From contig CP064977.1 in the NCBI GenBank assembly GCA_016699465.1, forward strand, positions 542,503-606,502: a stretch of DNA of 64,000 bases. The letters are read 5' to 3'. Positions 29,005 through 37,485 of the stretch are shown here, one piece after another. Position 1 is the stretch's first letter; every line of letters starts with the position of its first letter. This DNA comes from Candidatus Campbellbacteria bacterium. GTDB lineage: Bacteria > Patescibacteriota > Minisyncoccia > Phycocordibacterales > EsbW-18. The position numbers were made by a program, and so were the translations under genes. The notes under the pieces were generated by a model that saw only the letters and a list, made by a program, of their open reading frames with translations, searched no databases and had not been told where the DNA came from.

Positions 29005-29280
29005 TTAATCCTCAAACCACGGGCGTTTCACATATCTTTGTCCAATGACCTCTGACTCCTGACAATCGGCACAGAACTTGATTGTCTGTTTTCGGTACCG
29101 AAAGCAGTGCGTATCTGTTGAGTAGTACCTCGTCGTACTCGTCCAGACAGATATCCTCTTACTTCCGCACGTGCAACGTCTGTAACGGAGGTTCAAATAC
29201 AATCTCTTGAGATAGAAAAAGACAACGATTGCCCCGACGGTGACGAGCAGTACGAGTAGAATCTGTGACAGTGACGGCAT
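29005..29280 (-). CDS. small Cys-containing membrane protein (91 aa)
   Basis: N-terminal TM. Downstream minus-strand terminator accgcccgaagagccgccgcgctcatcgggcggt + T-run. Confidence 0.4.
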   Translation of the reverse strand: MPSLSQILLVLLVTVGAIVVFFYLKRLYLNLRYRRCTCGSKRISVWTSTTRYYSTDTHCFRYRKQTIKFCADCQESEVIGQRYVKRPWFED

Positions 29281-29505
29281 GCTTCACCTCGTTGTGTGAG
29301 TGCACGATATGCGCACGTTGGGTTCAATATTCTGAGAATACCTTATGTCTTATGTGTATACTTGTCAATTTGTCCGTAATGGTTCAACGGTTCAGAATAC
29401 AAAGCACAAAAATCGGCCGCGAAGCAGATTTTTGTGCGAGCAGTTTTCGTAAGGTCGAACTTACGGTGGTTAGTTTTTTTGAACTTTGAGCTTTGGATTT
29501 TGTGC

Positions 29506-31740
29506 TTACCTTCTAGATCCCCCTCGATATCCTCCAGAACCACCAGGACGGCGGAAATCTCCACCAGAACGGAAGTCTCCTGATGGTGCTGCACCTTCCT
29601 TCAAACCTTTGCGAACTGCAAAGTCAGGGTCTGCATCCTTAATGGAGAGTTTAATCTTCCCTTCCTCACCCAGTTCTTTGATTATGACGGGAACCATGTC
29701 TCCAACGTTTGCTACCCCATCCATTGATGCAAGACGAAATGGTGCGATCTCAGAAATGTGTACTAATCCCTCGGTGTCCTTCATTCCAGAAAGAGGAATT
29801 TCATCACCCATGCGGACAAAGAGACCAAAGTCGGCAATGCGTGTGACAACACCTTCAAATTTTTCACCAACATTGTATTCACGCGCAATTCCTTCAATGA
29901 TTTTCTTTGTTTTTTCTGCACCTTCAACATTTCCCGTGATGAATACGGTCCCGTCTTCTTCAATCGTAATTTCTGTTCCGGTGAGTTCACGAATTTGGTT
30001 GATGGTCTTTCCCCCACCACCAATCACGGCACCAATGAATTCTTTTTTAATTTTTGTGACGAGAATACGCGGTGCATTTGGATTCATTTCTGCTCGTGGT
30101 GCAGGAAGCGCCTCTGCGATTTTATCTAAAATGTGGAGGCGCGCCTTCTTCGCTTTTTCAAATGCTTCTGGAAAAACAGAAAGTGGAACTCCAGCAACCT
30201 TTACATCCATTTGCATTGCAGTCACACCATCACGTGTTCCGGCAACTTTGAAATCCATGTCGCCGTAGTGATCTTCTGGTCCTTGAATGTCGGTCAGCAC
30301 GCGGAAGCTGGTTAGCTGACTAGCTTCATTAGCTTCTAGAACAACTCCCATTGCAATACCAGCAACTGGCGCGAGGATTGGTACACCTGCATCAAGAAGT
30401 GCCAGCGTTCCTCCGCACACAGAACCCATTGATGATGAACCGTTTGATGACATCACTTCTGACACAATACGAATCGTATAAGGGAAGGTTTCTTTGGGAG
30501 GAATAACAGCAGAAAGGGCTTTTTCTGCAAGTGCCCCGTGTCCAATCATGCGGCGATTTGTTCCACCCATACGTCCTGTTTCTCCTGTTGAATATGGAGG
30601 AAAGTTGTAGTGCAGCATAAAACTTTTTGCTCCTTTGACCTCCATCCCTTCCATTTCTTGAACTGCTTCTGGACCACCGAGCGTGAGTGCTGCGAGTACG
30701 TGTGTTTCACCTCGGTAGAACACACCCGCTCCGTGAAGCATTGGTGCAACGCCTCCTGCTTGCGTGTAGATTTCTCGCACTTGATCAAAGTCTCGGTTGT
30801 CGGGACGTTTGCCGGCGAGGATTCCAACATCAAACACTGCTTCAACTTTTTCTTCAAAAAATAAATCAGCAAGTTCACGACTTTCATCTGGTGCACTTGT
30901 TTTGAGGAGTTCGTGCCATACGTGGTGGAGTTCGCCCACTTTCTCTCCTCCGGAAATGCCACAGAACACAGCGCTCTCAAGTTGCGGGGCAATCTCTTTT
31001 TCAAACAATGCGAGTGCTGCGTCGGAGAGCGTTGGAAATGTGAATACTTTTTTCTCTTTTCCTAATTCTTTGATGATGTTGTTTTGGAATGTTTCCAATT
31101 TTGTAATTTCCTCAACTGCTTTAGTGAGTCCTTCGATGATGATGTCCTCGGGAACTTGGTGTGCTCCTGTTTCAATCATGTTGACCTTCTGATCTCGTCC
31201 GCAGACAAGTAAATCAAGTACGTTTGTTTTGCGTTGCTCGTAGTTCGGGTTGAGTATCCACGCACCTTCAGGAGTTCTCCCCAGTCGTACTGCACCAACT
31301 GGACCTGCCCATGGAATATCTGACACACCGAGTGCAAGTGATGCGGCAATAGTTGCAATAACATCTGGGTCGTCCTCTCCAATAGAAAGAATAGTAGTGA
31401 CTACTTGTACTTCAATACGAAGGCGTTGATCAAAAAGTGGGCGTACGGTGCGGTCAACAATGCGACCAGAGAGGATTGCTTCGTCCGACGGCTTCCCTTC
31501 TCGGCGCATGTACTTACCTCCAAGAATTTGTCCTGCCGCATAAAACTTTTCTTCATAATCAACAGTGAGAGGAAAATAATCTATTCCTTCACGCTCTTTT
31601 GAACCCATGACCGCAGTGGCAAGAACGGCAGTGTTGCCATAGCGAACAATCACGGAACCATTCGCCTGCATGGCGAGGTCGTTAAACTCTGCGGAGAGGG
31701 TTTTTTCACCAAAAACCGTCTCGAATGTTTTACTTTTCAT
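29506..31740 (-). CDS. pnp: polyribonucleotide nucleotidyltransferase (PNPase)
   Basis: 744 aa. Two RNase PH-like domains, KH and S1 domains (…GKIKLSIKDADPDF…), C-terminal RGG-rich tail. Confidence 0.9.
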   Translation of the reverse strand: MKSKTFETVFGEKTLSAEFNDLAMQANGSVIVRYGNTAVLATAVMGSKEREGIDYFPLTVDYEEKFYAAGQILGGKYMRREGKPSDEAILSGRIVDRTVRPLFDQRLRIEVQVVTTILSIGEDDPDVIATIAASLALGVSDIPWAGPVGAVRLGRTPEGAWILNPNYEQRKTNVLDLLVCGRDQKVNMIETGAHQVPEDIIIEGLTKAVEEITKLETFQNNIIKELGKEKKVFTFPTLSDAALALFEKEIAPQLESAVFCGISGGEKVGELHHVWHELLKTSAPDESRELADLFFEEKVEAVFDVGILAGKRPDNRDFDQVREIYTQAGGVAPMLHGAGVFYRGETHVLAALTLGGPEAVQEMEGMEVKGAKSFMLHYNFPPYSTGETGRMGGTNRRMIGHGALAEKALSAVIPPKETFPYTIRIVSEVMSSNGSSSMGSVCGGTLALLDAGVPILAPVAGIAMGVVLEANEASQLTSFRVLTDIQGPEDHYGDMDFKVAGTRDGVTAMQMDVKVAGVPLSVFPEAFEKAKKARLHILDKIAEALPAPRAEMNPNAPRILVTKIKKEFIGAVIGGGGKTINQIRELTGTEITIEEDGTVFITGNVEGAEKTKKIIEGIAREYNVGEKFEGVVTRIADFGLFVRMGDEIPLSGMKDTEGLVHISEIAPFRLASMDGVANVGDMVPVIIKELGEEGKIKLSIKDADPDFAVRKGLKEGAAPSGDFRSGGDFRRPGGSGGYRGGSRR

Positions 31741-31935
31741 ACCTTGTTACGCGAATGTGCGCGAATGAGAATGCACGCAGATTAACGCAGATTATAGGAG
31801 CTCGTCTTCACATTGCAGATCTGACTTTTGACGTGTCCTCGGCCGAAGGCCTCGGGTGCCTGTTCAAATCCGTATATGCAAAGGCGAGCAATTACCCCTT
31901 TGTAATACTGAAAATATAGCACAAAACACGCTAGT

Positions 31936-31957
31936 GGCTAATTCGTACGAATTAGCC
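31936..31957. repeat. perfect 22-bp palindrome ggctaattcgtacgaattagcc (member of a recurrent hairpin family)
   Basis: Self-complementary. Near-identical copy ggctaattcatgcgaattagcc at 45155-45176. Confidence 0.6.
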
Positions 31958-32235
31958 TGTATACAAGAAGCCCCACAGAAGCGCGGGGCTTCTTGTGGGG
32001 GGGGGTGAAAGAGCTGCGGTTATTCAAGCCATCGGTCTGTGGTTCGATTGGAGCCGTCGGCGTCGCCTCGGGGTTGTTCGAAAGAGGATTCTCCATATCG
32101 ATATGAGTATAGCAAAGTGGGAGGCGTACGGGGGCGTTGCCTTGGTGGTTAGTGTCACTGATTGTCTTTTTGTGTTTTGTGTGGAGAATGGTTCTTGGAA
32201 TGAGGTTCTTCGGGTTCGTGAAAGGAGCTGAGAGT

Positions 32236-32418
32236 ATGGGAGAAGGAAAAACGCCAAGTGCGCGGGTTCAGGAGTATTTGAATAGCGATCAGCCCTCCCG
32301 GTACGTGGTGTTGTACGGAGTGAGGGGTCTCTTCGACCACCTCCCACCCTTTGCCAGCCTCAAGCGGGCATATGCGATGTCCAAGGCGCGTCGTCCGAGG
32401 GCATTGCACAAGAAGTGA
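32236..32418 (+). CDS. hypothetical small basic protein (60 aa) in GC island
   Basis: AGGAG RBS 8 nt upstream of ATG. Terminator hairpin ccccggaccaggttgtccgggg+T-run at about 32441-32468. Confidence 0.3.
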   Translation: MGEGKTPSARVQEYLNSDQPSRYVVLYGVRGLFDHLPPFASLKRAYAMSKARRPRALHKK

Positions 32419-32577
32419 GAGTGGGGGGGGCAGAGTTCCCCCATGCCCCGGACCAGGTTGTCCGGGGTTTTTAGTTCAAAACCAAGGCGTTGTCTTGGTT
32501 GTTGACTTGTCATTTGGCGCGAGCGTGTGTAGAGTGGTGCTTGGACTTGGTCTTCTTACTCGCTAGGGAGGTGTCGA

Positions 32578-32826
32578 GTGCTTGACGAGCGCGACGAGTA
32601 CACTTGGGCGGCAGGGGCGCGGAAGAGACACCGCGAGCGGGGGTGTTTTGGTCACAACCCCCCGCCGGGAACCCCGTCAATTCCGTCTGTGTTTGACGGT
32701 TACCCGACGCCGAGCAAGTGGCGCCGCATCGGGGGAAGTGGCAATGCCGTCAGCTCCGCGGTGGGTGGCGAAGAGCCTGCCCAGACCCCCGAGGAACCGG
32801 AAGATGTTGTTGGTGCCCCCGTGTGA
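32578..32826 (+). CDS. hypothetical small protein (GTG start) in GC island
   Basis: GGGAGG RBS 7 nt upstream of GTG. GC-rich hairpin downstream at about 32886-32925. Weak. Confidence 0.25.
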   Translation: MLDERDEYTWAAGARKRHRERGCFGHNPPPGTPSIPSVFDGYPTPSKWRRIGGSGNAVSSAVGGEEPAQTPEEPEDVVGAPV

Positions 32827-32932
32827 ACGGGGGTTTCGTTTTGTTTGTATGAGGTGTTGCTCTGGGTTTGAATAAAAAAGGAAGCCCCGCGCGATGCGCG
32901 AGGCTCGTGCGGGGGGGGCGAGGATGAAACGG

Positions 32933-33355
32933 TTACTGCCACCGGTCGTAGTAGTACCAATAGAACATCTCTGCGACCTTCTCCGGCTCATCTCGTCCGG
33001 CGATTTGGTCGAGACTTTCTGCTAGATCCTTCTGTGAGAGGTAATCACGGCTAGCGCCCGCGTACTTCACGAGGAACATGGGCGTACCATCATCTAGCGG
33101 TTCTACTGGGTTGATGATGGCAATCAGGGGAGGGCTCGAGATTATTCCCACCGCGGGAAACATGACGTGGTTGAGCTTTTGCTCCATCTCGGCCGTATGG
33201 ACCTTCGCAGCTCTTGTTGTGGCGGGGTCAGGTCCCGTGGCGAGTGTTTTCCAGTTGGGCACTACCCAGTAATACATCATAAACATGATGCAAACCAGGA
33301 AGAACCCCGCAGACACCTTCACGGCGAAGCGAAACCGTCTTGTGTTTGAGTCCAT
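32933..33355 (-). CDS. single-pass membrane hypothetical protein (141 aa) in GC island
   Basis: Start at MDSNTRRF with GGGAGA RBS. TM FFLVCIMFMMYYWVV. Preceded by conserved 80-bp promoter/operator element. Confidence 0.45.
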   Translation of the reverse strand: MDSNTRRFRFAVKVSAGFFLVCIMFMMYYWVVPNWKTLATGPDPATTRAAKVHTAEMEQKLNHVMFPAVGIISSPPLIAIINPVEPLDDGTPMFLVKYAGASRDYLSQKDLAESLDQIAGRDEPEKVAEMFYWYYYDRWQ

Positions 33356-33384
33356 TTTTCTCCCTTGGCCGAAGGCCTTGCGCA

Positions 33385-33464
33385 CTGCATTTTTGTACGA
33401 CAACGAACAACCCAAATCCGCGCAGATTCTGCGCTTAAAATACAAAGAAGTCAATCCGAGGCAA
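33385..33464. repeat. 80-bp conserved upstream element, copy 1 (putative promoter TTGACT...CAGAAT with palindromic operator GCGCAGA-T-TCTGCGC)
   Basis: Identical apart from a GC dinucleotide to copy at 34465-34546. Lies immediately 5' of the 32933-33355 gene on the minus strand. Confidence 0.7.
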
Positions 33465-33529
33465 CGCCTCCGATCAACAAAACAAAGCGCCGACCTCGGG
33501 GAGGTCGGCGTTGGAAGAGGTACATCTGA

Positions 33530-34471
33530 TCAGTCGGCCTTGTTGGTCCCGAGCTTGGCGAGCGCCCACTCGATCCGCCCGCGCCGCTCGAGCGCCCGGT
33601 ACACCTTGTGCTCGATGTGCCCCACGACGGGGCCGAGCACGAGGCCCACCAGCGCGTAGGCAACGAGGTTCTCGTTGAGCCAAGCTCCCACCGCCATGGC
33701 GATGGACAGCGAGAACAGGGTTGCCAACGCCGCCGCTCGCCGTCCTTCCTCGTTCGTGTACTTCACGAAGAGAAGGATGGTGCGGGTGAAGGCGGAGAAC
33801 AACTGTAGGAGGTCACGCAGGATCAGTGTGGGGTGTGCGAGGAGCTCCCGAAGATCTTCGGCGCAGGCCGAGAGGGTGTGGGTGAGACTCTTCGCCAAGG
33901 CCTTGATGAGCCAAAGTAGCGCCCTGCCACCCCAGTACGCAACGGCAATCGGATTGAGGTATTTCAGGAGGGCCTTTCTGTAGAGAGCAACTATGAACCT
34001 CCTAGTAGGAAGGTCGTCAAACGGCCACAACTCCATAGCCGAAAGAAGAAAACCAAATACTGGGGCCAGAAAGGCACCAAGCGCGATTGCTCCGGGCAAT
34101 GTGTTGGCCAAGTTGTCGAACAACCAGAGGGCGCTTGTCATGTACAGGTTGAAGAAGAAAGAGAGGAGGGTCATCCACACGGACAGAGTCAGATAGACTT
34201 TTATCCGTTGCATCTCCTCCGGCATACCGACCATCGTCTCCTTGACCGCGCGCACGAAAGCGACGCACGCGCTCTGCCAGTCGTAGGCGATCCATCCCAC
34301 GACGGCTCCGACGATGGCGGCCAGGGCGAGCGACGCCCACGGCCAGCCGAACTGGGCCACGAAGGCCAGTCCGAGCAGTACACCTGTGAGGCATCCCGTG
34401 AGAATCCCCCAAAACGGACTCTTTTGCACGACTTCCCTTCCTTTCTCGGCCCGTAGGCCATCGAACTGCAT
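33530..34471 (-). CDS. polytopic integral membrane hypothetical protein (313 aa) in GC island
   Basis: At least 7 predicted TM segments, high-GC codon usage. Preceded by conserved 82-bp promoter/operator element. Confidence 0.5.
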   Translation of the reverse strand: MQFDGLRAEKGREVVQKSPFWGILTGCLTGVLLGLAFVAQFGWPWASLALAAIVGAVVGWIAYDWQSACVAFVRAVKETMVGMPEEMQRIKVYLTLSVWMTLLSFFFNLYMTSALWLFDNLANTLPGAIALGAFLAPVFGFLLSAMELWPFDDLPTRRFIVALYRKALLKYLNPIAVAYWGGRALLWLIKALAKSLTHTLSACAEDLRELLAHPTLILRDLLQLFSAFTRTILLFVKYTNEEGRRAAALATLFSLSIAMAVGAWLNENLVAYALVGLVLGPVVGHIEHKVYRALERRGRIEWALAKLGTNKAD

Positions 34472-34546
34472 TTTTGTACGACAACGAACAACCCAAATCC
34501 GCGCAGATTCTGCGCTTAAAATACAAAGAAGTCAATCCGAGGCAAC
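34465..34546. repeat. 82-bp conserved upstream element, copy 2
   Basis: tgcatttttgtacgacaacgaacaacccaaatccgcgcgcagattctgcgcttaaaatacaaagaagtcaatccgaggcaac. A third, degenerate copy lies at about 34945-35030 upstream of the 34604-34927 gene. Confidence 0.7.
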
Positions 34547-34603
34547 ACCTTTGTTCAACAAAACAAAAGCCCCGCGCGAGTGCGGGGCTCGTGCGGGGGC
34601 GCT

Positions 34604-34927
34604 TCAGTCGTTGATTGTTGTGATGGTGAACGGGCTCACCAGAATCGCTTCTGATGCCCCATCGAGTTCGACCGCCACAATTCGTTCGCTTCCCCCATTC
34701 CCGAGATTCCCGTTGCTCCAGATACCAAGGACCTTTCCTTTGAGTCCTTTGGGCAGTTGAGCTTCAGCGGTGGTGATGAACCGATCACCCTCGCGAATGA
34801 CTCGCGTGCTACCTCGTGGAATGATTCCGGCGTAGAACTCGGCGCTATCGAGGATGAGATCTCCCCACATGCAGCGCTTCAGAGTCTCGCCTTCTCGTAG
34901 TTGAATTTGATTCCCGGATTCTGACAT
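34604..34927 (-). CDS. small hypothetical protein (107 aa), paralog of 35078-35395
   Basis: MSESGNQIQLREGETLKRCMWG...IREGDRFITTAEAQLPKGLKGKVLGIW aligns with MSDVQEIRK...GETTSRCLWG...IRIGDRVVSRGIWYIPKGSTGTVVEI. Own promoter-like element and terminator (gccccgccgacgttctgtcggcggggc at about 35042-35071). Confidence 0.45.
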   Translation of the reverse strand: MSESGNQIQLREGETLKRCMWGDLILDSAEFYAGIIPRGSTRVIREGDRFITTAEAQLPKGLKGKVLGIWSNGNLGNGGSERIVAVELDGASEAILVSPFTITTIND

Positions 34928-35077
34928 CGCCCCGCTCCTTGACCCGTAGGCCTCAGTGCTGCGTTTCTTGTACGACAACGAACACGTAAATCTGCGGTGA
35001 TTTTGCACTTCATGTGAGAAGAAGTCAATCCATCGACAAAAAAGAAGCCCCGCCGACGTTCTGTCGGCGGGGCGGGG

Positions 35078-35395
35078 TTAGACACTTTTCGGAAGGATGT
35101 CGTCCGGAATAACATACGCGCGTATGGTTGCCCCATCGAAGAGAACGTTGATGAGGTCTCCTGGAGAGAGTGTGTTCATCTCGATCTCTACCACTGTTCC
35201 GGTACTTCCCTTTGGGATGTACCAGATGCCTCTAGAGACAACGCGGTCTCCAATTCGAATGGTGTATCCTTTTGTGTTGAAGCCGACGCACTTTCCGTTC
35301 GAAACGATGAAAATCCCCCACAGACATCGTGAGGTGGTTTCTCCCGCCAGGAGAACCGGCTCAACTTCTTTGCGGATTTCTTGTACGTCGCTCAT
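35078..35395 (-). CDS. small hypothetical protein (105 aa), paralog of 34604-34927
   Basis: See paralog. Upstream TTGACA-17-TATTGT promoter-like sequence. Downstream terminator. Confidence 0.45.
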   Translation of the reverse strand: MSDVQEIRKEVEPVLLAGETTSRCLWGIFIVSNGKCVGFNTKGYTIRIGDRVVSRGIWYIPKGSTGTVVEIEMNTLSPGDLINVLFDGATIRAYVIPDDILPKSV

Positions 35396-35520
35396 GGGAC
35401 TCCTTTCGAGTCTCTGTGTTGAACAACAATTCTGGCGAAACAATAGTCCGATATGCGTGCTTTGTCAACGAAGATGAAGAAGCCCTGCCGACGTTCTGTC
35501 GGCGGGGCGTTCTTCTTTTG

Positions 35521-36075
35521 TTATTTCTGTTCTTGCGGAGGTCGTTTGCGATCGTTGCGTCCACCTCGGTACCCCATGAGGTACTTACGAGGGTCTTCGT
35601 CGAGGTTTGTGAAATGATCTGCAGCCTCGATGAGTTTTGCGGATGTTGAACGTCCGAATGCGATTGCTTCTACTTGGCACCCTTCACTAATTTGAAGATA
35701 CTGCACAAGTGGAACATAGTCTCCGTCCCCAGATACAATGACAACGGCATCCAATTTTGGTGCGAGTTTCACTGCGTCCATGGCGAGTCCAACGTCCCAG
35801 TCGGCCTTTTTTGCACCTCCTGCGAAAATTTGTAAATCTTTTGTCTTCACCTCAATACCCATCTTGGTAAGAGCTTCAAAAAATGTTTTTTCTTCACCTG
35901 ATTCAGTTGAAATAACGTATGCGATTGCACGAACGAGCGGTCGCTCCCCTATTGCATCTTTAACGATTGCTGCGAAATTAACGCGAGCGTTGTAGAGATG
36001 TCGTGCACTGTGATAGAGATTTTGCGCGTCGATAAAAACGGCAACGCGCTGTGCCTTCTGTTTGATTATGGTCAT
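35521..36075 (-). CDS. NYN-domain (LabA-like, PIN-related) putative RNase
   Basis: RVAVFIDAQNLYHSARHL...VVIVSGDGDYVPLV matches the NYN domain acidic core. 184 aa. Confidence 0.7.
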   Translation of the reverse strand: MTIIKQKAQRVAVFIDAQNLYHSARHLYNARVNFAAIVKDAIGERPLVRAIAYVISTESGEEKTFFEALTKMGIEVKTKDLQIFAGGAKKADWDVGLAMDAVKLAPKLDAVVIVSGDGDYVPLVQYLQISEGCQVEAIAFGRSTSAKLIEAADHFTNLDEDPRKYLMGYRGGRNDRKRPPQEQK

Positions 36076-36192
36076 AAAATGATTTTAATAAGCTCAAAAT
36101 TCAAATTTCAAAATCCAAAAAAGTAATGCTCAATGTGTTATATATGTAAATTTTTTGAGCTTTGGATTTTATACTTTGAGCTTACGGTACGA

Positions 36193-36453
36193 TTACTCTT
36201 TGATCTTCTTCATCAACTCAGTGTACTTTGCTGGGTTTTTCTTTTTGAGGTATGCCAAATGTGTTCGGCGTTGTGCCACCATTCCGAGAAGACCACGTCG
36301 TGAGTGTTTGTCCTTGCGGTTGTCTTTCAGGTGCTTCGAAAGTTCATCAATACGTTTTGAGAGCAAATTGATTTGTACTTCTGGAGAACCAGTGTCAGCA
36401 TCGTGCCGAGCGCTTTCTTTGATAACTTTGATTTTCTTTTTCTTGGATAACAT
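36193..36453 (-). CDS. rpsO: 30S ribosomal protein S15
   Basis: MLSKKKKIKVIKESARHDADTGSPEVQINLLSKRIDELSKHLKDNRKDKHSRRGLLGMVAQRRTHLAYLKKKNPAKYTELMKKIKE, unmistakable S15. Confidence 0.85.
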   Translation of the reverse strand: MLSKKKKIKVIKESARHDADTGSPEVQINLLSKRIDELSKHLKDNRKDKHSRRGLLGMVAQRRTHLAYLKKKNPAKYTELMKKIKE

Positions 36454-36856
36454 ATGAATAGAATATGGGTGGATAGTATGTGGTATGTAGAATGTGGAAT
36501 GAGGTATATGGAATGTGGGGCGGTGATACAAAAATGTTGGGGTTAGGGCCTCCAACGGAAAATACTATATCAAAACTTTGGACATATCGCAAGTTAGGGT
36601 GTGTGTCGCTGGTGTGTAGGGAAAATGTGTCTGGATACGTGTGGAAGGTATTGTTTATCTTGTTTTGGTGTTGTGTAGTTTTTGAAGGTACGTTCTTCGG
36701 ATCCACCGTATTTCTGGGCCGTGTCTAGTATACAGTGGACCCTTTCGCGGGGTCAGAAAAAACTCATCATTCACTGACCCCGCGTTTTTATATACCAAAA
36801 GAAAAAGCCGGCATGCTCTGTTGAAAAACAGTGTGCACACCGGCCGGAGGAGTGAT

Positions 36857-37099
36857 TTATTTGAACCCGTTGGCAATCCAGATAACTGCGAAAACGAGTC
36901 CTCTAGCGAGAGCAATTATAGACGCGAACCCGAAGGAGAGTGGCCAGATAAGAGCGGTAGACGGCTGAGGCCGGTACATCCAAGGGGTTCCGGATCCCGT
37001 TGTGCCCCCAGACTTTCGAAGTGCCCACACCCAACACCCACCGAGAAAGATGTACCCAAATGCTCCGACTATCCAACACAGCGCAATTATCCAGTTCAT
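36857..37099 (-). CDS. small Trp-rich membrane protein (80 aa)
   Basis: Two TM helices. AAGGGG RBS-like. Minus-strand terminator at about 36796-36848. Confidence 0.4.
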   Translation of the reverse strand: MNWIIALCWIVGAFGYIFLGGCWVWALRKSGGTTGSGTPWMYRPQPSTALIWPLSFGFASIIALARGLVFAVIWIANGFK

Positions 37100-37485
37100 C
37101 TCGCACCCCTTTTGTTAGTGAGGCGTAATTGTCTGTTGAACTATCTAGCGTTGTTTATATGCTTGTACAAAGGCATTGTCAATGTATTTCTTTTTTAACA
37201 GATGTGTCGCACAATATCACATAGAGATATATTGTGACGGCAAAAGTTTTTGAATAGAAAAAGACCCGCCACAGGAGGACGGGTCTGAAGAACTGGGGTT
37301 CGGGACGCTCACACTCGAGAGATTCTAGGCACCTTGCGTTTTGTGTCGACCGAGAACTCGGGCCGAACGCGACAGGTGGTGTACCCAGGTCTCGAGTTTA
37401 GGCAACTTCTCCCCAAACCCTTTTCCATATACACACTATCACAGTACAAAAATATGTCCACATCCATTAGTATTTTTCATATTAT

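Larger units (their letters stand above)
31960..36150. other. GC-rich (roughly 55-65% vs about 40% background) inserted island between pnp and rpsO, made of independent promoter-gene-terminator cassettes
   Basis: Abrupt composition change, G/C homopolymer runs, dense overlapping six-frame ORFs typical of high-GC DNA. pnp and rpsO, which are normally adjacent, are separated by it. Confidence 0.5.

Noticed and set aside
31995-34760. Dense set of overlapping ORFs on both strands, including 32024-32347, 32289-32513, 32677-32991, 33451-33683, 34017-34535, 34201-34491 and 34314-34760
   Set aside because: High-GC DNA yields long stop-free frames in all six frames. I kept only frames with an RBS, a sensible start, hydrophobicity patterns and flanking promoter/terminator elements. 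The shared MTSLYFKRRICADLG N-termini of 32933-33454 and 34017-34535 come from translating the repeated promoter element and are not real protein sequence.
36480-36728. 82-aa plus-strand ORF upstream of rpsO
   Set aside because: Made largely of the low-complexity GTATGTGG repeat region with no RBS. A plus-strand terminator at about 36755-36790 suggests some transcript ends here, but a protein product is unconvincing.
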